A DNA stretch of 64,000 bases from an uncultured Bacteroidales bacterium (GTDB taxonomy: Bacteria > Bacteroidota > Bacteroidia > Bacteroidales > UBA7960), in contig CAYGFY010000015.1 in the NCBI GenBank assembly GCA_964349365.1, positions 5,166 to 69,165 of the forward strand. Direction: 5' to 3'. Position numbers and translations under genes: made by a program. Positions 8,264 to 19,169 of this stretch are shown here, one piece after another; the stretch's first letter is position 1, and the number at the start of each line of letters is the position of its first letter. The notes below the pieces were generated by a model. That model had not been told where the DNA came from. It was given only the letters and a program-made list of their open reading frames with translations, and did no database searches.

Positions 8264-9931
8264 ATGTGCGGTATTGTTTGTGCATTCCATATAGAACTGT
8301 CGGCAACTGATTTGCGCCCCAAAATTTTAAACATGTCCAAAAAGGTTCGCCACAGGGGGCCCGACTGGTCTGGAATTTTTTCTAACGATAAGGCCATTTT
8401 GGCTCACGAAAGGCTTTCGATTGTTGACCCCCAATCTGGCAGGCAACCACTCTTGAGCAAAGACGGCAACCTGGTATTATCAGTAAATGGCGAAATATAC
8501 AATCACCAAGAAATTCGTAAACGTTATGAAGGGAAGTACGATTTCCTTACCAAATCCGATTGCGAGGTAATTTTGGCATTGTATCGAGACAAGGGAAAAG
8601 ACTTTCTTGAAGATTTAAATGGTATTTTTGGTTTTGCCCTTTACGATATCGAAAAAAATGTTTTTTTGGTGGGTCGCGATCACGTCGGAATTATTCCGCT
8701 ATACTATGGGTGGGACGACAGTGATGTTTACTACGTTGCCTCAGAGTTGAAAGCCTTGGAAGGCCATTGTACCATAATCGAGGAGTTTCCTCCCGGGCAT
8801 TATTATTTCAGCCAGGATGAAAAACCCACCAAATGGTACCATCGCGATTGGATGGATTTCGAAACGGTTAAAGACAATACCACCAGCTTGGAGGAATTGC
8901 GAAAGGCTCTTGAAGAAGCGGTTCAGCGTCAATTGATGACCGACGTACCTTATGGCGTGTTGCTTTCAGGTGGGCTGGATTCTTCAATAATCTCGGCCGT
9001 TGCAAAAAAGTTTGCCGCCAAAAGGATTGAAACAGGGGGCGTCGAAACTGCTTGGTGGCCCCAATTGCACTCATTTGCCGTGGGCCTGGAAGGCTCGCCC
9101 GATTTGGCTGCCGCACGGCAGGTTGCAAAACACATAGGAACGGTTCACCACGACATTACCTACACCATTCAAGAGGGCCTCGATGCGGTAAAAGATGTTA
9201 TTTACTACATTGAAACCTATGATGTAACAACAGTACGTGCAAGTACTCCAATGTATTTGCTTGCACGCGTTATTAAGTCAATGGGTGTAAAAATGGTTCT
9301 GTCGGGCGAGGGTGCCGATGAAATATTCGGAGGGTATCTATATTTTCACAAAGCCCCAACGGCCGAAGAACTGCACAAGGAAACCGTTCGGAAAATCAGC
9401 AAGTTGCACCAATACGATTGTTTGCGTGCCAACAAATCGCTGGCGGCTTGGGGTGTAGAAGGCCGGGTGCCATTCCTGGATAAGGTATTTATGGATGTGG
9501 CTATGCGCCTAAACCCCAAAGACAAAATGTGCGGCCCGGATAAAATGGAAAAATGGATTTTGCGAAAAGCCTTCGAAGACCTTTTACCATATAATGTTGC
9601 TTGGCGGCAGAAGGAACAATTCTCAGATGGGGTAGGCTACAATTGGATTGACACCCTTCGCAACTTAACGGCCTCAAAGGTTACTGACAAACAAATGACC
9701 CAGGTAAAGGAGAGGTTTCCCGTAAACCCGCCTATGACCAAGGAGGAGTATTATTACCGAAGCATCTTCGAGGAGCACTTCCCTTCGAACCAAGCCGCAA
9801 TCTGCGTGCCTTCGGTTCCATCGGTGGCATGCAGCACTCCAATTGCTCTCGAGTGGGACAAGGCGTTCAAAAATATGGTTGACCCCTCGGGAAGAGCAGT
9901 AAAGAGCGTTCACGGAAATGGCTACGAATAG
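8264..9931 (+). CDS. asnB: Asparagine synthase B (glutamine-hydrolysing)
   Basis: It has an N-terminal MCGI nucleophile. By eye it is collinear with E. coli AsnB (HRGPDWSG, AHERLSIVD, VNGEIYNH, SDCEVIL, DVPYGVLLSGGLDSS, MVLSGEGADEIFGGYLYFHKAP, WRQKEQFSDGVGY). 555 aa. Confidence 0.95.
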   Translation: MCGIVCAFHIELSATDLRPKILNMSKKVRHRGPDWSGIFSNDKAILAHERLSIVDPQSGRQPLLSKDGNLVLSVNGEIYNHQEIRKRYEGKYDFLTKSDCEVILALYRDKGKDFLEDLNGIFGFALYDIEKNVFLVGRDHVGIIPLYYGWDDSDVYYVASELKALEGHCTIIEEFPPGHYYFSQDEKPTKWYHRDWMDFETVKDNTTSLEELRKALEEAVQRQLMTDVPYGVLLSGGLDSSIISAVAKKFAAKRIETGGVETAWWPQLHSFAVGLEGSPDLAAARQVAKHIGTVHHDITYTIQEGLDAVKDVIYYIETYDVTTVRASTPMYLLARVIKSMGVKMVLSGEGADEIFGGYLYFHKAPTAEELHKETVRKISKLHQYDCLRANKSLAAWGVEGRVPFLDKVFMDVAMRLNPKDKMCGPDKMEKWILRKAFEDLLPYNVAWRQKEQFSDGVGYNWIDTLRNLTASKVTDKQMTQVKERFPVNPPMTKEEYYYRSIFEEHFPSNQAAICVPSVPSVACSTPIALEWDKAFKNMVDPSGRAVKSVHGNGYE

Positions 9932-10097
9932 TTTTCCAAAACCCTTGCAGGAAAAATTATTTCGCCGCGATGGTACGCCAAGAAGGCGAAAGGTTTACAA
10001 GGTGTTTTTTATAATCAACTTTTCGCCAAATGGCGGAACGTGTCGTCTGAGTTTCGTTAAAGTAGGCACGATTACGCGAATAAGAAAAGATTTTCAG

Positions 10098-10160
10098 CCC
10101 AAAACCTAAAACTTTCAACCCTCCAAACTTCAAAACTTCTCAACCCATAAACCCATAAAC
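10098..10160. repeat. Low-complexity tandem words downstream of asnB
   Basis: AAACTTC/AAAACTTC (10124-10138) and ACCCATAA x2 (10142-10157), plus AAACCTAAAACTTTCAACCC. Confidence 0.6.
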
Positions 10161-10164
10161 TAAA

Positions 10165-10938
10165 GTGAAATCCCTCCGTGAAAGTGTCGTAACGGCCATG
10201 GACGGCACCAACCCTGATATTTTCGAATTCCTGCCATACATTGTTCAGGATATTTGGGAAATTGGCGCCGACCCGCAAGCCATCATACAGTTAGGAGAGA
10301 AGTATGCTTCCAAAAAGTCCAGGTTGAAGGTTCTCGACCTTGGTTGTGGAAAGGGTGCCGTTTCGGTTAGGATGGCCAAGAATTTTGGCTGCCAAGTGTT
10401 AGGAATTGATGCCATTCCAGAGTTTGTCGAATACGCAAACAATATGGCTATGGAGCATGGTGTCGCTGACTTGTGCAAATTCCTTGCGGCTGACATTAGG
10501 TTGGAAGTACCCAAAGTTAAAGGATTTGACCTAATTGTATTAGGAGCCATAGGCCCTGTTCTAGGCAATTATCAAGAAACGTTTTCTGTAATAGAAAGAA
10601 GCCTTGAACCCGATGGAGTGGTTTTGGTTGATGATGCCTTTATCGCTGACGACAGCGATTTTTCGCACCCAATGATGTTAAAAAAGAGTCAACTAATAGA
10701 ACAGGTAAACAAGGCTGGCTTCGAACTACTGGAAATTCTACCTGCCAGTGTTGATGACGTGACCCAATCGGAAGATGCCATTTTCAAACCACTTGAAACC
10801 AGGTGTCACCAACTCATTAAACTAAATCCTGACAAGGCTTACTTGTTTGAAAACTACATTGCCAAGCAAAAGGAAGAAGTTGATGTTAACTTGAACAAGG
10901 TAACCTGTGCCACAATGGCTTTCAAAAGGAGAAATTAG
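10165..10938 (+). CDS. Class I SAM-dependent methyltransferase
   Basis: Motif I is VLDLGCGKGAVSVRMAKNFGCQVLGIDA. The start codon is GTG; the alternative start MDGTNPD lies about 11 codons in. Confidence 0.65.
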   Translation: MKSLRESVVTAMDGTNPDIFEFLPYIVQDIWEIGADPQAIIQLGEKYASKKSRLKVLDLGCGKGAVSVRMAKNFGCQVLGIDAIPEFVEYANNMAMEHGVADLCKFLAADIRLEVPKVKGFDLIVLGAIGPVLGNYQETFSVIERSLEPDGVVLVDDAFIADDSDFSHPMMLKKSQLIEQVNKAGFELLEILPASVDDVTQSEDAIFKPLETRCHQLIKLNPDKAYLFENYIAKQKEEVDVNLNKVTCATMAFKRRN

Positions 10939-10945
10939 TTTTTTC

Positions 10946-11845
10946 TTAGCCGGTTAATTCAAGTGCATTCAAAAAAAGCCACGCTTTTTCGATTTCTCCT
11001 TGGTTAATTGATTCTTTGACCATTTTGGCTGCCCAATTCAGAATGTCTTTTGCTTCGGTCGGTTTTGTTTCCAATGCTTTTGCAAACTCCTCCGATTGAG
11101 CAAAGGCCTCTATTCGTGAGCTCTCTGGAAGGGTTTCAGCCTCGGCCAACTCGCATAACTCGGCCGTGCTAAAAAGGTCGCTTCTTTTGATGAAATTTGG
11201 AATAGCATCGAACCCAACTGGCAGGGCTTTACCTTGCGGTAGGTCAAAAACCACCCCTGGGGTAATACGGGCATATCCAAACCCGCCAAGTCGACCCACC
11301 ACGTCATACTTCATTGGGTCAACGCGGTTTTTGTGGTCTAGAATATCGGGTTTGATGTGAATGGCGAGTATTTCAGAAATTATCAAGTTGGCTGCTCCGG
11401 GTTCTCCTCCCAACGATTTAACCTCAATTACCTTGCACTCGAACTGAACGGGACTTTCGGCCACTCGTAATGGCTTGACAAATTGCGATTTCAAAGGTGT
11501 TAAACCCGATTTGTCGAATTCGCTAACACCCGTGTCGAAATCGTAGCCGGCAATTACCATTTGCCGGGCAATCGAGTAACTTACAATATTAATGACCACC
11601 TCGCCCGTTTCTTCAATATTAATCAAGGTATCCTTTTTCTTGCCACCCCTGCCTGTGGTGTTGGGCGAAAAAATCAATATTGGCGGGGTGCTACTAAAAG
11701 CATTGAAAAAGCTAAAGGGAGCTAGGTTGGTGTTTCCATTCTTGTCAATTGTGCTCGCAAGAGCAACCGGTCTTGGGCAAATTGTACTAATAAGAAGGTG
11801 ATGCCGCTGCTGCGAGTCAAGACCTGATGGAATGATGGTAACCAT
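10946..11845 (-). CDS. Flavin reductase-like (FMN-binding split-barrel) family protein with C-terminal extension
   Basis: The N-terminal 200 aa fit the flavin reductase domain pattern (CPRPVALASTIDKNGNTNLAPFSFFNAFSSTPP..GKKKDTLINIEETGEVVIN). Confidence 0.6.
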   Translation of the reverse strand: MVTIIPSGLDSQQRHHLLISTICPRPVALASTIDKNGNTNLAPFSFFNAFSSTPPILIFSPNTTGRGGKKKDTLINIEETGEVVINIVSYSIARQMVIAGYDFDTGVSEFDKSGLTPLKSQFVKPLRVAESPVQFECKVIEVKSLGGEPGAANLIISEILAIHIKPDILDHKNRVDPMKYDVVGRLGGFGYARITPGVVFDLPQGKALPVGFDAIPNFIKRSDLFSTAELCELAEAETLPESSRIEAFAQSEEFAKALETKPTEAKDILNWAAKMVKESINQGEIEKAWLFLNALELTG

Positions 11846-11859
11846 TAGAAGCCAGTAGT

Positions 11860-12129
11860 TTACTGCTCAAGGTATTTAACCCTTTTGTTCCCAGCCATTT
11901 TTTCCTTTTTCTGCTTCGAAATGTTGCGCATGTAACTCCATAGCCATCCCGAAAGGAAACCCAAGGCAAAAACTACCAAGGCAAACAGGAAAGTTCGACC
12001 GGTAACCTTGAAAAAAACCAGATTGAGCTCCACAGGTTGGGTGTTTAAAAAGAGAAGCACCAAGAAAAAAATGGCAATTATACCCCAAATTACGAGGGCA
12101 ACACGGTGTCTTTTGATTAAGTTTTCCAT
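11860..12129 (-). CDS. Small LapA/DUF1049-like membrane protein
   Basis: 89 aa with two predicted TM helices and a basic tail. Confidence 0.45.
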   Translation of the reverse strand: MENLIKRHRVALVIWGIIAIFFLVLLFLNTQPVELNLVFFKVTGRTFLFALVVFALGFLSGWLWSYMRNISKQKKEKMAGNKRVKYLEQ

Positions 12130-12194
12130 AAGGTTTAATTTTTACATCCTAACAAAATTAATGGTTTTTTGGACTTGATTGGAGCTTTATTTTC

Positions 12195-12202
12195 TATTTT
12201 TG
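12195..12202 (+). promoter_or_regulatory. Bacteroidota-type -7 promoter box TATTTTTG
   Basis: The box matches TAnnTTTG and lies 40 nt upstream of ATG 12242. Confidence 0.4.
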
Positions 12203-12241
12203 CAATCTACTTCATTTTTCAACTTTTAAGCCGCAAAGTAA

Positions 12242-13876
12242 ATGAAACAATTGCCTGCTAAAATTCTAATCTCGGCGCTTGTAATGTTTTTTACACTTGG
12301 TTTCGAAAGCAGCAAAGAAAAATACGATGAAAATATGAAAGCAAAAGTTGAAAATTTTTTTGAGGTTGAACTTAACACCGATTTGTCGTGGTTGAGCAAT
12401 AACGAACGCCAAATGATTTCAATATTGATAGACGTTGCCGATATAATGGACGAAATTTTCTGGCTGCAATCCTATGGCAACAAAGAGCAATTGATGGAAA
12501 AGATTACCGGCAAGTACGTGCGCAAGTATGCTCTTATCAATTACGGTCCGTGGAGTAGGGTAGATGGCCTTAACCCGTTTGTTGAAGGATACGGCCCCAG
12601 GTTTGCAGGAGCGAACTTTTATCCTGCCGACATGACCGTTGAAGAGTTTGAAGCCTGGGACGAGCCTCTGAAAAACAGCCAGTACACACTTGTGAGGCGA
12701 AACAACCATGGCAGTTTGGTTGCTGTTCCATACAGCACGGCATACAAAGAGCTTCATCAAAAGGCCGCAGAACTTCTTATTCAGGCAGCCGAGCTGGCCC
12801 AAGATCCAGGGTTAAAAACCTACCTCAAAATGCGAGCAGAGGCATTGCTTACCGACGAATACATGGCCAGCGACTATGCATGGGTAGCCATGAAAGACAA
12901 TAACATCGATTTTGTTGTTGGGCCCATTGAAAATTATGAAGACCGTCTGTTTGGAATCAAGGCTGCACACGAAGCGTTCGTAATTGTTAAAGATTTGGCG
13001 TGGAGCGAACAGTTAGAAAAGTTCAATGCCATGTTGCCCGAGCTCCAAAAAATGCTTCCGGTGGCCCCGAAGTACAAGAGGGAAAAACCCGGCACCGATG
13101 CCGACATAAATGTTTACTACGCGTTGTATTATTCAGGCGATTGCAATGCAGGCACCAAAACCATTGCAATAAACCTTCCAAACGCCGAAGAAATCCATAA
13201 AAGCGTTGGAAGCCGAAAACTTCAGCTAAAGAATGCAATGAAGGCCAAGTTCGATAACATATTGGCACCCATTTCTAATATCTTAATCTGCAAAAGCCAA
13301 AGGCAGCACATTAAGTTCGATGCGTTTTTCGAAAACGTAACATTCCACGAAGTCGCGCACGGTATGGGAATAAAAAATGTCGTGAACGGCAACCAGACTG
13401 TTCGCGAGGCTTTGTGGGAGTATTACAGTCCAATTGAAGAAGCCAAGGCCGACATTATGGGCTTGTACCTCGTTACCAAACTCTACGAAATGACCGAAAT
13501 TTCAAGTGGCGAGCTAATGGATAACTACGTGACGTTTTTTTCCGGAATTTTTCGCTCTTGCCGCTTCGGTGTAACCAGTCCGCACGGAAAGGCCAACATG
13601 ATGGCAATGAATTACTTTGCCCGTAACAATGCTTTTGTTTATCAGACAAACGGAACCTATCTGGTTTTTTTTGAGCAAATGCAAAATGCCGTTGAATCGT
13701 TGCTCGAAAAGTTATTGGTAGTTCAGGGCGAGGGCAATTACGAGGCAGCCAAGGTATGGGTTGACCATGATGGCGTGATGACCGAAAACCTCAAAAACGC
13801 CCTTGCCAAGGTAAATGCAAGCAAAATTCCACTTGACATTGTTTTTAGGCAAGGCCGCGAGGTGCTGGGGCTGTAA
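12242..13876 (+). CDS. Secreted DPP III-like (M49-related) zinc metallopeptidase
   Basis: It has an N-terminal hydrophobic signal, a zinc motif FHEVAHGMG (HExxH) and a downstream EEAKADIMG second zinc-ligand motif. Confidence 0.55.
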   Translation: MKQLPAKILISALVMFFTLGFESSKEKYDENMKAKVENFFEVELNTDLSWLSNNERQMISILIDVADIMDEIFWLQSYGNKEQLMEKITGKYVRKYALINYGPWSRVDGLNPFVEGYGPRFAGANFYPADMTVEEFEAWDEPLKNSQYTLVRRNNHGSLVAVPYSTAYKELHQKAAELLIQAAELAQDPGLKTYLKMRAEALLTDEYMASDYAWVAMKDNNIDFVVGPIENYEDRLFGIKAAHEAFVIVKDLAWSEQLEKFNAMLPELQKMLPVAPKYKREKPGTDADINVYYALYYSGDCNAGTKTIAINLPNAEEIHKSVGSRKLQLKNAMKAKFDNILAPISNILICKSQRQHIKFDAFFENVTFHEVAHGMGIKNVVNGNQTVREALWEYYSPIEEAKADIMGLYLVTKLYEMTEISSGELMDNYVTFFSGIFRSCRFGVTSPHGKANMMAMNYFARNNAFVYQTNGTYLVFFEQMQNAVESLLEKLLVVQGEGNYEAAKVWVDHDGVMTENLKNALAKVNASKIPLDIVFRQGREVLGL

Positions 13877-14050
13877 AATGTAAATAAAAAGTGAAATGGT
13901 ATGATTCTCTCCGCAGGTGCTTATTGCACGGAGTGCTAAACTATATGTAACCCCATGCGCAAGCCAAGGAATTTGTAACCACCGACACCCTGAGAACGCA
14001 AAGCAAACTCGGAGAATAAAAAACGACAACAACCAAACAAATACAAACAG

Positions 14051-15700
14051 ATGAAAAACCAAAAATTAATTGTCGCCACAATTGCAATTCTTGGCGTTTT
14101 AATGATTTTACCAAAGCAGGCAAATTCTTGCTCCAGCCTGCTCGTTTCGCGAGGAGCCAGTGCCGATGGTAGTGTAATGACAAGCTGGACTTATGATGTT
14201 GCCGGGTTTGCCCTGCCCTTGCCTTTTTACCCTGGAGGTAATTACCAGCCTGGAGACTCCCTTGAAATTTTTAGCTTCCGAGAAGGAGAATTTCTTGGCC
14301 GTATAGCCCAAGTTAGCCGAACCTACAAGGTTATAGGCAACATGAACGAACATCAGGTGGCCATTGGCGAAACAACCTTTGGCGGCCGCGAGGAACTTGG
14401 AGGTGGGAACGGGTTTTTGGACTACGGAACCCTTATCTGGATAACGTTGCAAAGAGCCACCAGTGCAAGGGAGGCTATTAAAATTCTTACCGACTTGGCA
14501 AATACCTACGGCTATAGCGACTCTGGCGAAACCCTTTTCTTTGCCGACAAAAACGAGGTCTGGATTATGGATTTTATCGGAAAGGGAAAGCACGGCAAGG
14601 GTGCTGTTTGGGTTGCAGCAAGGGTGCCCGATGGCTACATTGCCGCCCATGCCAACCAATCTAGGATTAGGAAGGTGAATTGGACCGATACCGAAAACTG
14701 GCTTTGGTCGGACGACGTGGTTGAATTTGCCCGTCAAATGGGATGGTTCCAAGGCTCGAAGGAGGATTTTAGCTTCAGGGAAGCTTACAACCCTTTAACT
14801 TGCAGGTCGCTTCTACTGTGCGAAAGCCGCGTTTGGAGTTTTTACAACCGGGCAGCACCATCGCAAAATTTTTCTTCCGACTACTGGCGCTGCCATGAAG
14901 GTGCAGTGGCCTATCCGCTTTTCGTCAAACCCGATGAAAAAATTTCAGTGGAGATGATGATAGCATTTATTCGCGACCATTTTCACGGCACGCCCTATTT
15001 TACTCGCAGCGGAATAGAGGCTGGTCCGTACGGAAGCCCCTATTTAAATAGGCCAATGGTTTTTTACCTTGATGTTAATGGCGAATCGGTACAGTTTTCT
15101 TGGAAAAGGCCAATATCACAACCCCAAACAGCATTCTCATTTGTTACCCAGTCACGAAATTGGCTCCCCGACCCCATCGGGGGCATTTGCTGGTATTCGC
15201 TTGACGACAATTACACTAATGTTTTCATCCCACTTTACACGGGAATGACCCGTGCGCCAAAGTCGCTGTCAATTGCTTCATCTATTCAATTCGATTGGAA
15301 CTCTGCCTACTGGGTTTTCAACAAGGTAGCAAACCACGCATACCCCATTTACAACCATGTAATCAAACATATTCAAGAAGTTCAGGCAGAACTTGAAAAT
15401 AGGGCCATTGGCATGTCAAGGGCTATTGAAAAAGCCGCTCTTCACCTTGGCAAGGATAATCCATCACTAATGCACGAGTATATCACCGACTTCAGTGTTT
15501 CGATGGCCGAAACCATCGTGGAAAGATGGCGGCAATTGGGCTTAAACCTCTTCGTAAAGTTCAACGACGGCTACATCAGGGGCACCAATTCGATAAAAGA
15601 ATGGCCAAAGGGCCTCGGATATCCCGAAGAATACAAAAGACGAATAATTGAAGAAAGGGCTGGGTTTTTCGATGCCAGCATGCGAAAGAAGGGAGAATAA
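14051..15700 (+). CDS. Peptidase family C69 dipeptidase (secreted)
   Basis: A signal peptide ends in ANSC, followed by CSSLLVSRGASADGSVM. This is the N-terminal Cys nucleophile arrangement typical of C69. Confidence 0.8.
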   Translation: MKNQKLIVATIAILGVLMILPKQANSCSSLLVSRGASADGSVMTSWTYDVAGFALPLPFYPGGNYQPGDSLEIFSFREGEFLGRIAQVSRTYKVIGNMNEHQVAIGETTFGGREELGGGNGFLDYGTLIWITLQRATSAREAIKILTDLANTYGYSDSGETLFFADKNEVWIMDFIGKGKHGKGAVWVAARVPDGYIAAHANQSRIRKVNWTDTENWLWSDDVVEFARQMGWFQGSKEDFSFREAYNPLTCRSLLLCESRVWSFYNRAAPSQNFSSDYWRCHEGAVAYPLFVKPDEKISVEMMIAFIRDHFHGTPYFTRSGIEAGPYGSPYLNRPMVFYLDVNGESVQFSWKRPISQPQTAFSFVTQSRNWLPDPIGGICWYSLDDNYTNVFIPLYTGMTRAPKSLSIASSIQFDWNSAYWVFNKVANHAYPIYNHVIKHIQEVQAELENRAIGMSRAIEKAALHLGKDNPSLMHEYITDFSVSMAETIVERWRQLGLNLFVKFNDGYIRGTNSIKEWPKGLGYPEEYKRRIIEERAGFFDASMRKKGE

Positions 15701-15740
15701 TGGTTAACGGATGATTGGTGCAATTTTTACTTTACACCTT

Positions 15741-16817
15741 TCACTGCTTCATCAAAAACCTTATCGTATCAACCCCATCGGCATAGTCCCAAAGTTGAGG
15801 CCTTTGGCTTTCTCCGAATCGAATGACGCGAAAGTCATCGGATCGGATGTTTGCGACAATGCATTGCAACTTTTCTTGTTGGGCTAATACGCCCTTCATG
15901 CATTGGTCAATAGTATCGAATTCTTCAACGTTAATTACCGAAATTGCCGACATTAAATCAAAGCCGTACTTGAGCGTGCAAAATTCGAAGTCGATAAATG
16001 GAACTCTCCCAACATTCATCAAGGCTTTGTTGTAAATGATGTTATTGTTATAGCCCTGGTGACTTGTAAGGTTCGAGTAACGCTCCCAATGCCCCTTTAG
16101 AGAATTTAGGTCGTACCCCTTGGGCACGTAGAGTTTGGAAACGTTTCGGCAACCAAGCCCGAAGTACCTGAAAATATCGTTTGCCAGAAGTTCCAATTCT
16201 TGGCTTGTTTCTTGGCCGGTTAAAATTGCAACCGAAGTGCGGTTTTTGCGAAAAAGGTTTGGTTTGTTGCCGTAGGCGTGCTCGAAATATCTTGCCGAAT
16301 TGTCGCTGCCGGTAGCAATAACCGCATGGCAGCGTGGCGGCAATTCAATCGAAAAAGAAATCTTGTCTTTGAATCTTGGCTCTATCTCTAAAAGCATTTC
16401 GGCCACAGCCACGGGAAGCTTGCTGTCTTTGCTCGATAGCTTTCCGGTAAAACTGTGGCCGGAAATCAAAACGCACAAAAAATCGTGAAAACCTACCAGG
16501 GGAAGGTTTCCCGCCATCACAACACCTATGATTTTTTTACCCTTTCCCGAAATTTTAGAAATCCTTGGATAAGCTGATAGCCATTTCTCCAAGTTGTCTC
16601 GCTTCAGCATTTGCGAAATCGAACTTATTGACAAACAAACGCTTTCTTGAGTGAACCATGGATTTTCTTTCAACGCATTGGTTGCTTCCTCCAACAAATT
16701 TCTCGTTGTGCCCCGAGTAATGATTTCTCTGTTGGCTTTCAGAGCATTAGCTGCCAAACCCAGTTGTTTCCCAAGTTTTGCAAATGCTATTACACGCTCT
16801 CGAATTGAAAGGCACAT
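15741..16817 (-). CDS. LuxC-like acyl-CoA reductase family protein
   Basis: 358 aa. The layout is as in Bacteroidota proteins annotated as acyl-CoA reductase, which typically lie near serC. The family call rests on overall sequence recollection and is not verified. Confidence 0.55.
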   Translation of the reverse strand: MCLSIRERVIAFAKLGKQLGLAANALKANREIITRGTTRNLLEEATNALKENPWFTQESVCLSISSISQMLKRDNLEKWLSAYPRISKISGKGKKIIGVVMAGNLPLVGFHDFLCVLISGHSFTGKLSSKDSKLPVAVAEMLLEIEPRFKDKISFSIELPPRCHAVIATGSDNSARYFEHAYGNKPNLFRKNRTSVAILTGQETSQELELLANDIFRYFGLGCRNVSKLYVPKGYDLNSLKGHWERYSNLTSHQGYNNNIIYNKALMNVGRVPFIDFEFCTLKYGFDLMSAISVINVEEFDTIDQCMKGVLAQQEKLQCIVANIRSDDFRVIRFGESQRPQLWDYADGVDTIRFLMKQ

Positions 16818-16905
16818 TTTTTGTATATTTGCCAGAGTTTATGGTTTGCAACAATACTGCGAAGTTAGCGTTTTTTGATTATCGTAACTCAACTAAGTAA
16901 TTGGT

Positions 16906-17874
16906 ATGGGAATTTGCATAACAAATAGGTTTTTGGCTTCATGGACAATTTTTAGTTTTTTGGTTGTTACTTTATTGCTTAAATCCCTATCGGCACAAGG
17001 TGTTAATGAAAATCAAAATCCCGGCCAATCCATTGCAGTCACACCACGATTCAAGTCAGAAATTGATTCGGTTAATTTCGAGCTCCTAAAACTTGCCAAG
17101 GCAATAATTGAAGCTCCAACCAGTCAAGAGAGAATTTCGCGAAATTCACGATTTGCCAATGAATTGGAGCAAACGCTGCTTGGCGATTCATTGTTCCGCA
17201 ATGATTTCGACTCGGTGGTGAATGTTTCGCTGTTATACGATAATTCGAGAAGTTTCAGGATTGCAACATGGTATGTGCCGCTTTTTGACGGTACCGGAGT
17301 TTTTCATGGTTTTTTTCAAACACCGACAACTCCCAAGCAAAATTCAAGGTTAATAAAGCTCAATGACCGTACCCGCCAGGTAGAAGCAAACCTGCAGCGT
17401 AGCCTTGACCCCGAAAACTGGTACGGGGCATACTACTACGAGCTAATTCAGGTCAAGTGGCAAGGCGAGGATCAATTTGTTCTTTTAGGATGGAAGGGCG
17501 ACAACCCCCATACCCGCAAAAGGGTAATAGAACCACTTACCATAACTCAAGAAGGTCCTAGATTCGGCAAACAAGTTTTTCAAATTGGAGACCATCAGCC
17601 CCTCAGGATTGTATTTGAGTATTCGAGGCAGGTTAGCATGAGCTTGAGTTTCAAGCCAAATTATCGAAAACCCAGAAATCAGGTGGTTCCGATGATTGTT
17701 TTCGATAGGTTAGTCCCAAAACACCAAAGTTTGGCTGGCAGGCATGAGCATTACGTGCCAGAGGTAAACGTTTTTGACGGGTTGGAATTTGCCCGGGGCG
17801 TGTGGAAATTCGTTCCTGATATTGATGTAAGGGTAGAAATTGACCCTTCCCTCAGGCCAATAAGACGAAATTAA
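16906..17874 (+). CDS. Hypothetical secreted protein
   Basis: It has an N-terminal signal-like helix (WTIFSFLVVTLLLKSLSAQG) and no motif I recognise. Confidence 0.5.
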   Translation: MGICITNRFLASWTIFSFLVVTLLLKSLSAQGVNENQNPGQSIAVTPRFKSEIDSVNFELLKLAKAIIEAPTSQERISRNSRFANELEQTLLGDSLFRNDFDSVVNVSLLYDNSRSFRIATWYVPLFDGTGVFHGFFQTPTTPKQNSRLIKLNDRTRQVEANLQRSLDPENWYGAYYYELIQVKWQGEDQFVLLGWKGDNPHTRKRVIEPLTITQEGPRFGKQVFQIGDHQPLRIVFEYSRQVSMSLSFKPNYRKPRNQVVPMIVFDRLVPKHQSLAGRHEHYVPEVNVFDGLEFARGVWKFVPDIDVRVEIDPSLRPIRRN

Positions 17875-18000
17875 TCGGCCCACAGCAACCCCTTTTTATT
17901 TCCTTATTTAGAACCAAAATAATTTAGCCTTTTGCTTGGCTATATGGTTTAAATTTAGGAATTTTGTTGCAAATTTCAGTTACCCCAAAATCATTATATC

Positions 18001-19074
18001 ATGAAAAAACACAACTTTAGCGCGGGGCCATCGGTATTGGCTCGCGAGGTTATCGAAAACACGGCGAAAGCGGTTTTAGACTTAAATGGAATTGGCCTGT
18101 CAATCCTCGAAATTTCGCACAGGGGCAAGGATTTTCAGGCCGTTATTGACGAAACCGTGGCATTGTTTAAAGAGGTTTTAAACATTCCCGAAAACTACCA
18201 CGTGTTGTTCCTGGGAGGCGGTGCCAGCCTCCAGTTCTGTATGGTACCATACAACCTTTTGGAAAAAAAGGCGGCATATCTCGAAACTGGCGTTTGGGCA
18301 AAGAAAGCGATCAAGGAAGCCAAGGGTTTTGGACAGGTTGAAGTGGTTGCTTCCTCGGCCGACAAGAACTTCTCTTACATTCCAAAAGGTTGGACCATCC
18401 CGGCAGATGCAGACTATTTTCACATTACCACCAACAATACCATTTACGGTACCGAACTGTTTGAAGATTTTGACAGCCCCGTGCCGTTAATTGCCGATGC
18501 CTCGTCCGACATTTTCAGTCGCACGATGGATGTCTCCAAATATGCAATGATTTATGGTGGTGCCCAGAAAAACCTCGGCCCAGCCGGTGTAACCTTTGTA
18601 ATTATCCGTGAGGATATTCTTGGAAAAGTTGAAAGGTACATACCCACAATGCTCGATTATAGAACGCACATAAAGGAAGGTTCGATGTTCAACACTCCTC
18701 CTTGCTTGCCAATATATACATGTATGGAAACCTTGCGCTGGCTAAAAAAATTGGGTGGCGTGGAGGTTATGCAAAAAATGAATCAAGATAAGGCAAAACT
18801 ACTTTACGACGAAATTGACCGCAATGCCATGTTCGTTGGCACCGCCGAAAAGGAAAGCAGGTCACTGATGAACATTTGCTTCGTTCTAAAACCAGAGTAC
18901 GAGGAACTAACCTCGGAATTCCTTTCGTTTACCGGCAAACTTGGAATGAGCGGCCTGAAGGGCCACAGGTCGGTGGGCGGTTTTAGGGCATCAACTTACA
19001 ATGCACTGGAGCGCGAAAGCGTGGTTGCCCTTGTTGAAGCAATGCAGGAGTTCGAAAAAATTCATGCCAAGTAA
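18001..19074 (+). CDS. serC: 3-phosphoserine/phosphohydroxythreonine aminotransferase
   Basis: [13 protein letters not shown].., GGGASLQF and [13 protein letters not shown] (PLP-lysine region). 357 aa. Confidence 0.9.
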   Translation: MKKHNFSAGPSVLAREVIENTAKAVLDLNGIGLSILEISHRGKDFQAVIDETVALFKEVLNIPENYHVLFLGGGASLQFCMVPYNLLEKKAAYLETGVWAKKAIKEAKGFGQVEVVASSADKNFSYIPKGWTIPADADYFHITTNNTIYGTELFEDFDSPVPLIADASSDIFSRTMDVSKYAMIYGGAQKNLGPAGVTFVIIREDILGKVERYIPTMLDYRTHIKEGSMFNTPPCLPIYTCMETLRWLKKLGGVEVMQKMNQDKAKLLYDEIDRNAMFVGTAEKESRSLMNICFVLKPEYEELTSEFLSFTGKLGMSGLKGHRSVGGFRASTYNALERESVVALVEAMQEFEKIHAK

Positions 19075-19169
19075 TTCTTAACGACAAATAATTTACCCGC
19101 AAAAAGGGACAGGGTAACTTGCAGGCTGAGGTCTTGGGTTGCCCTTTAATTTAACAAAATACCAATACC

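Noticed and set aside
9918-10109. A 63-aa ORF overlapping the asnB stop and running into the repeat-rich spacer
   Set aside because: It is basic and low-complexity with no support, and it overlaps the asnB 3' end. It is likely spurious.
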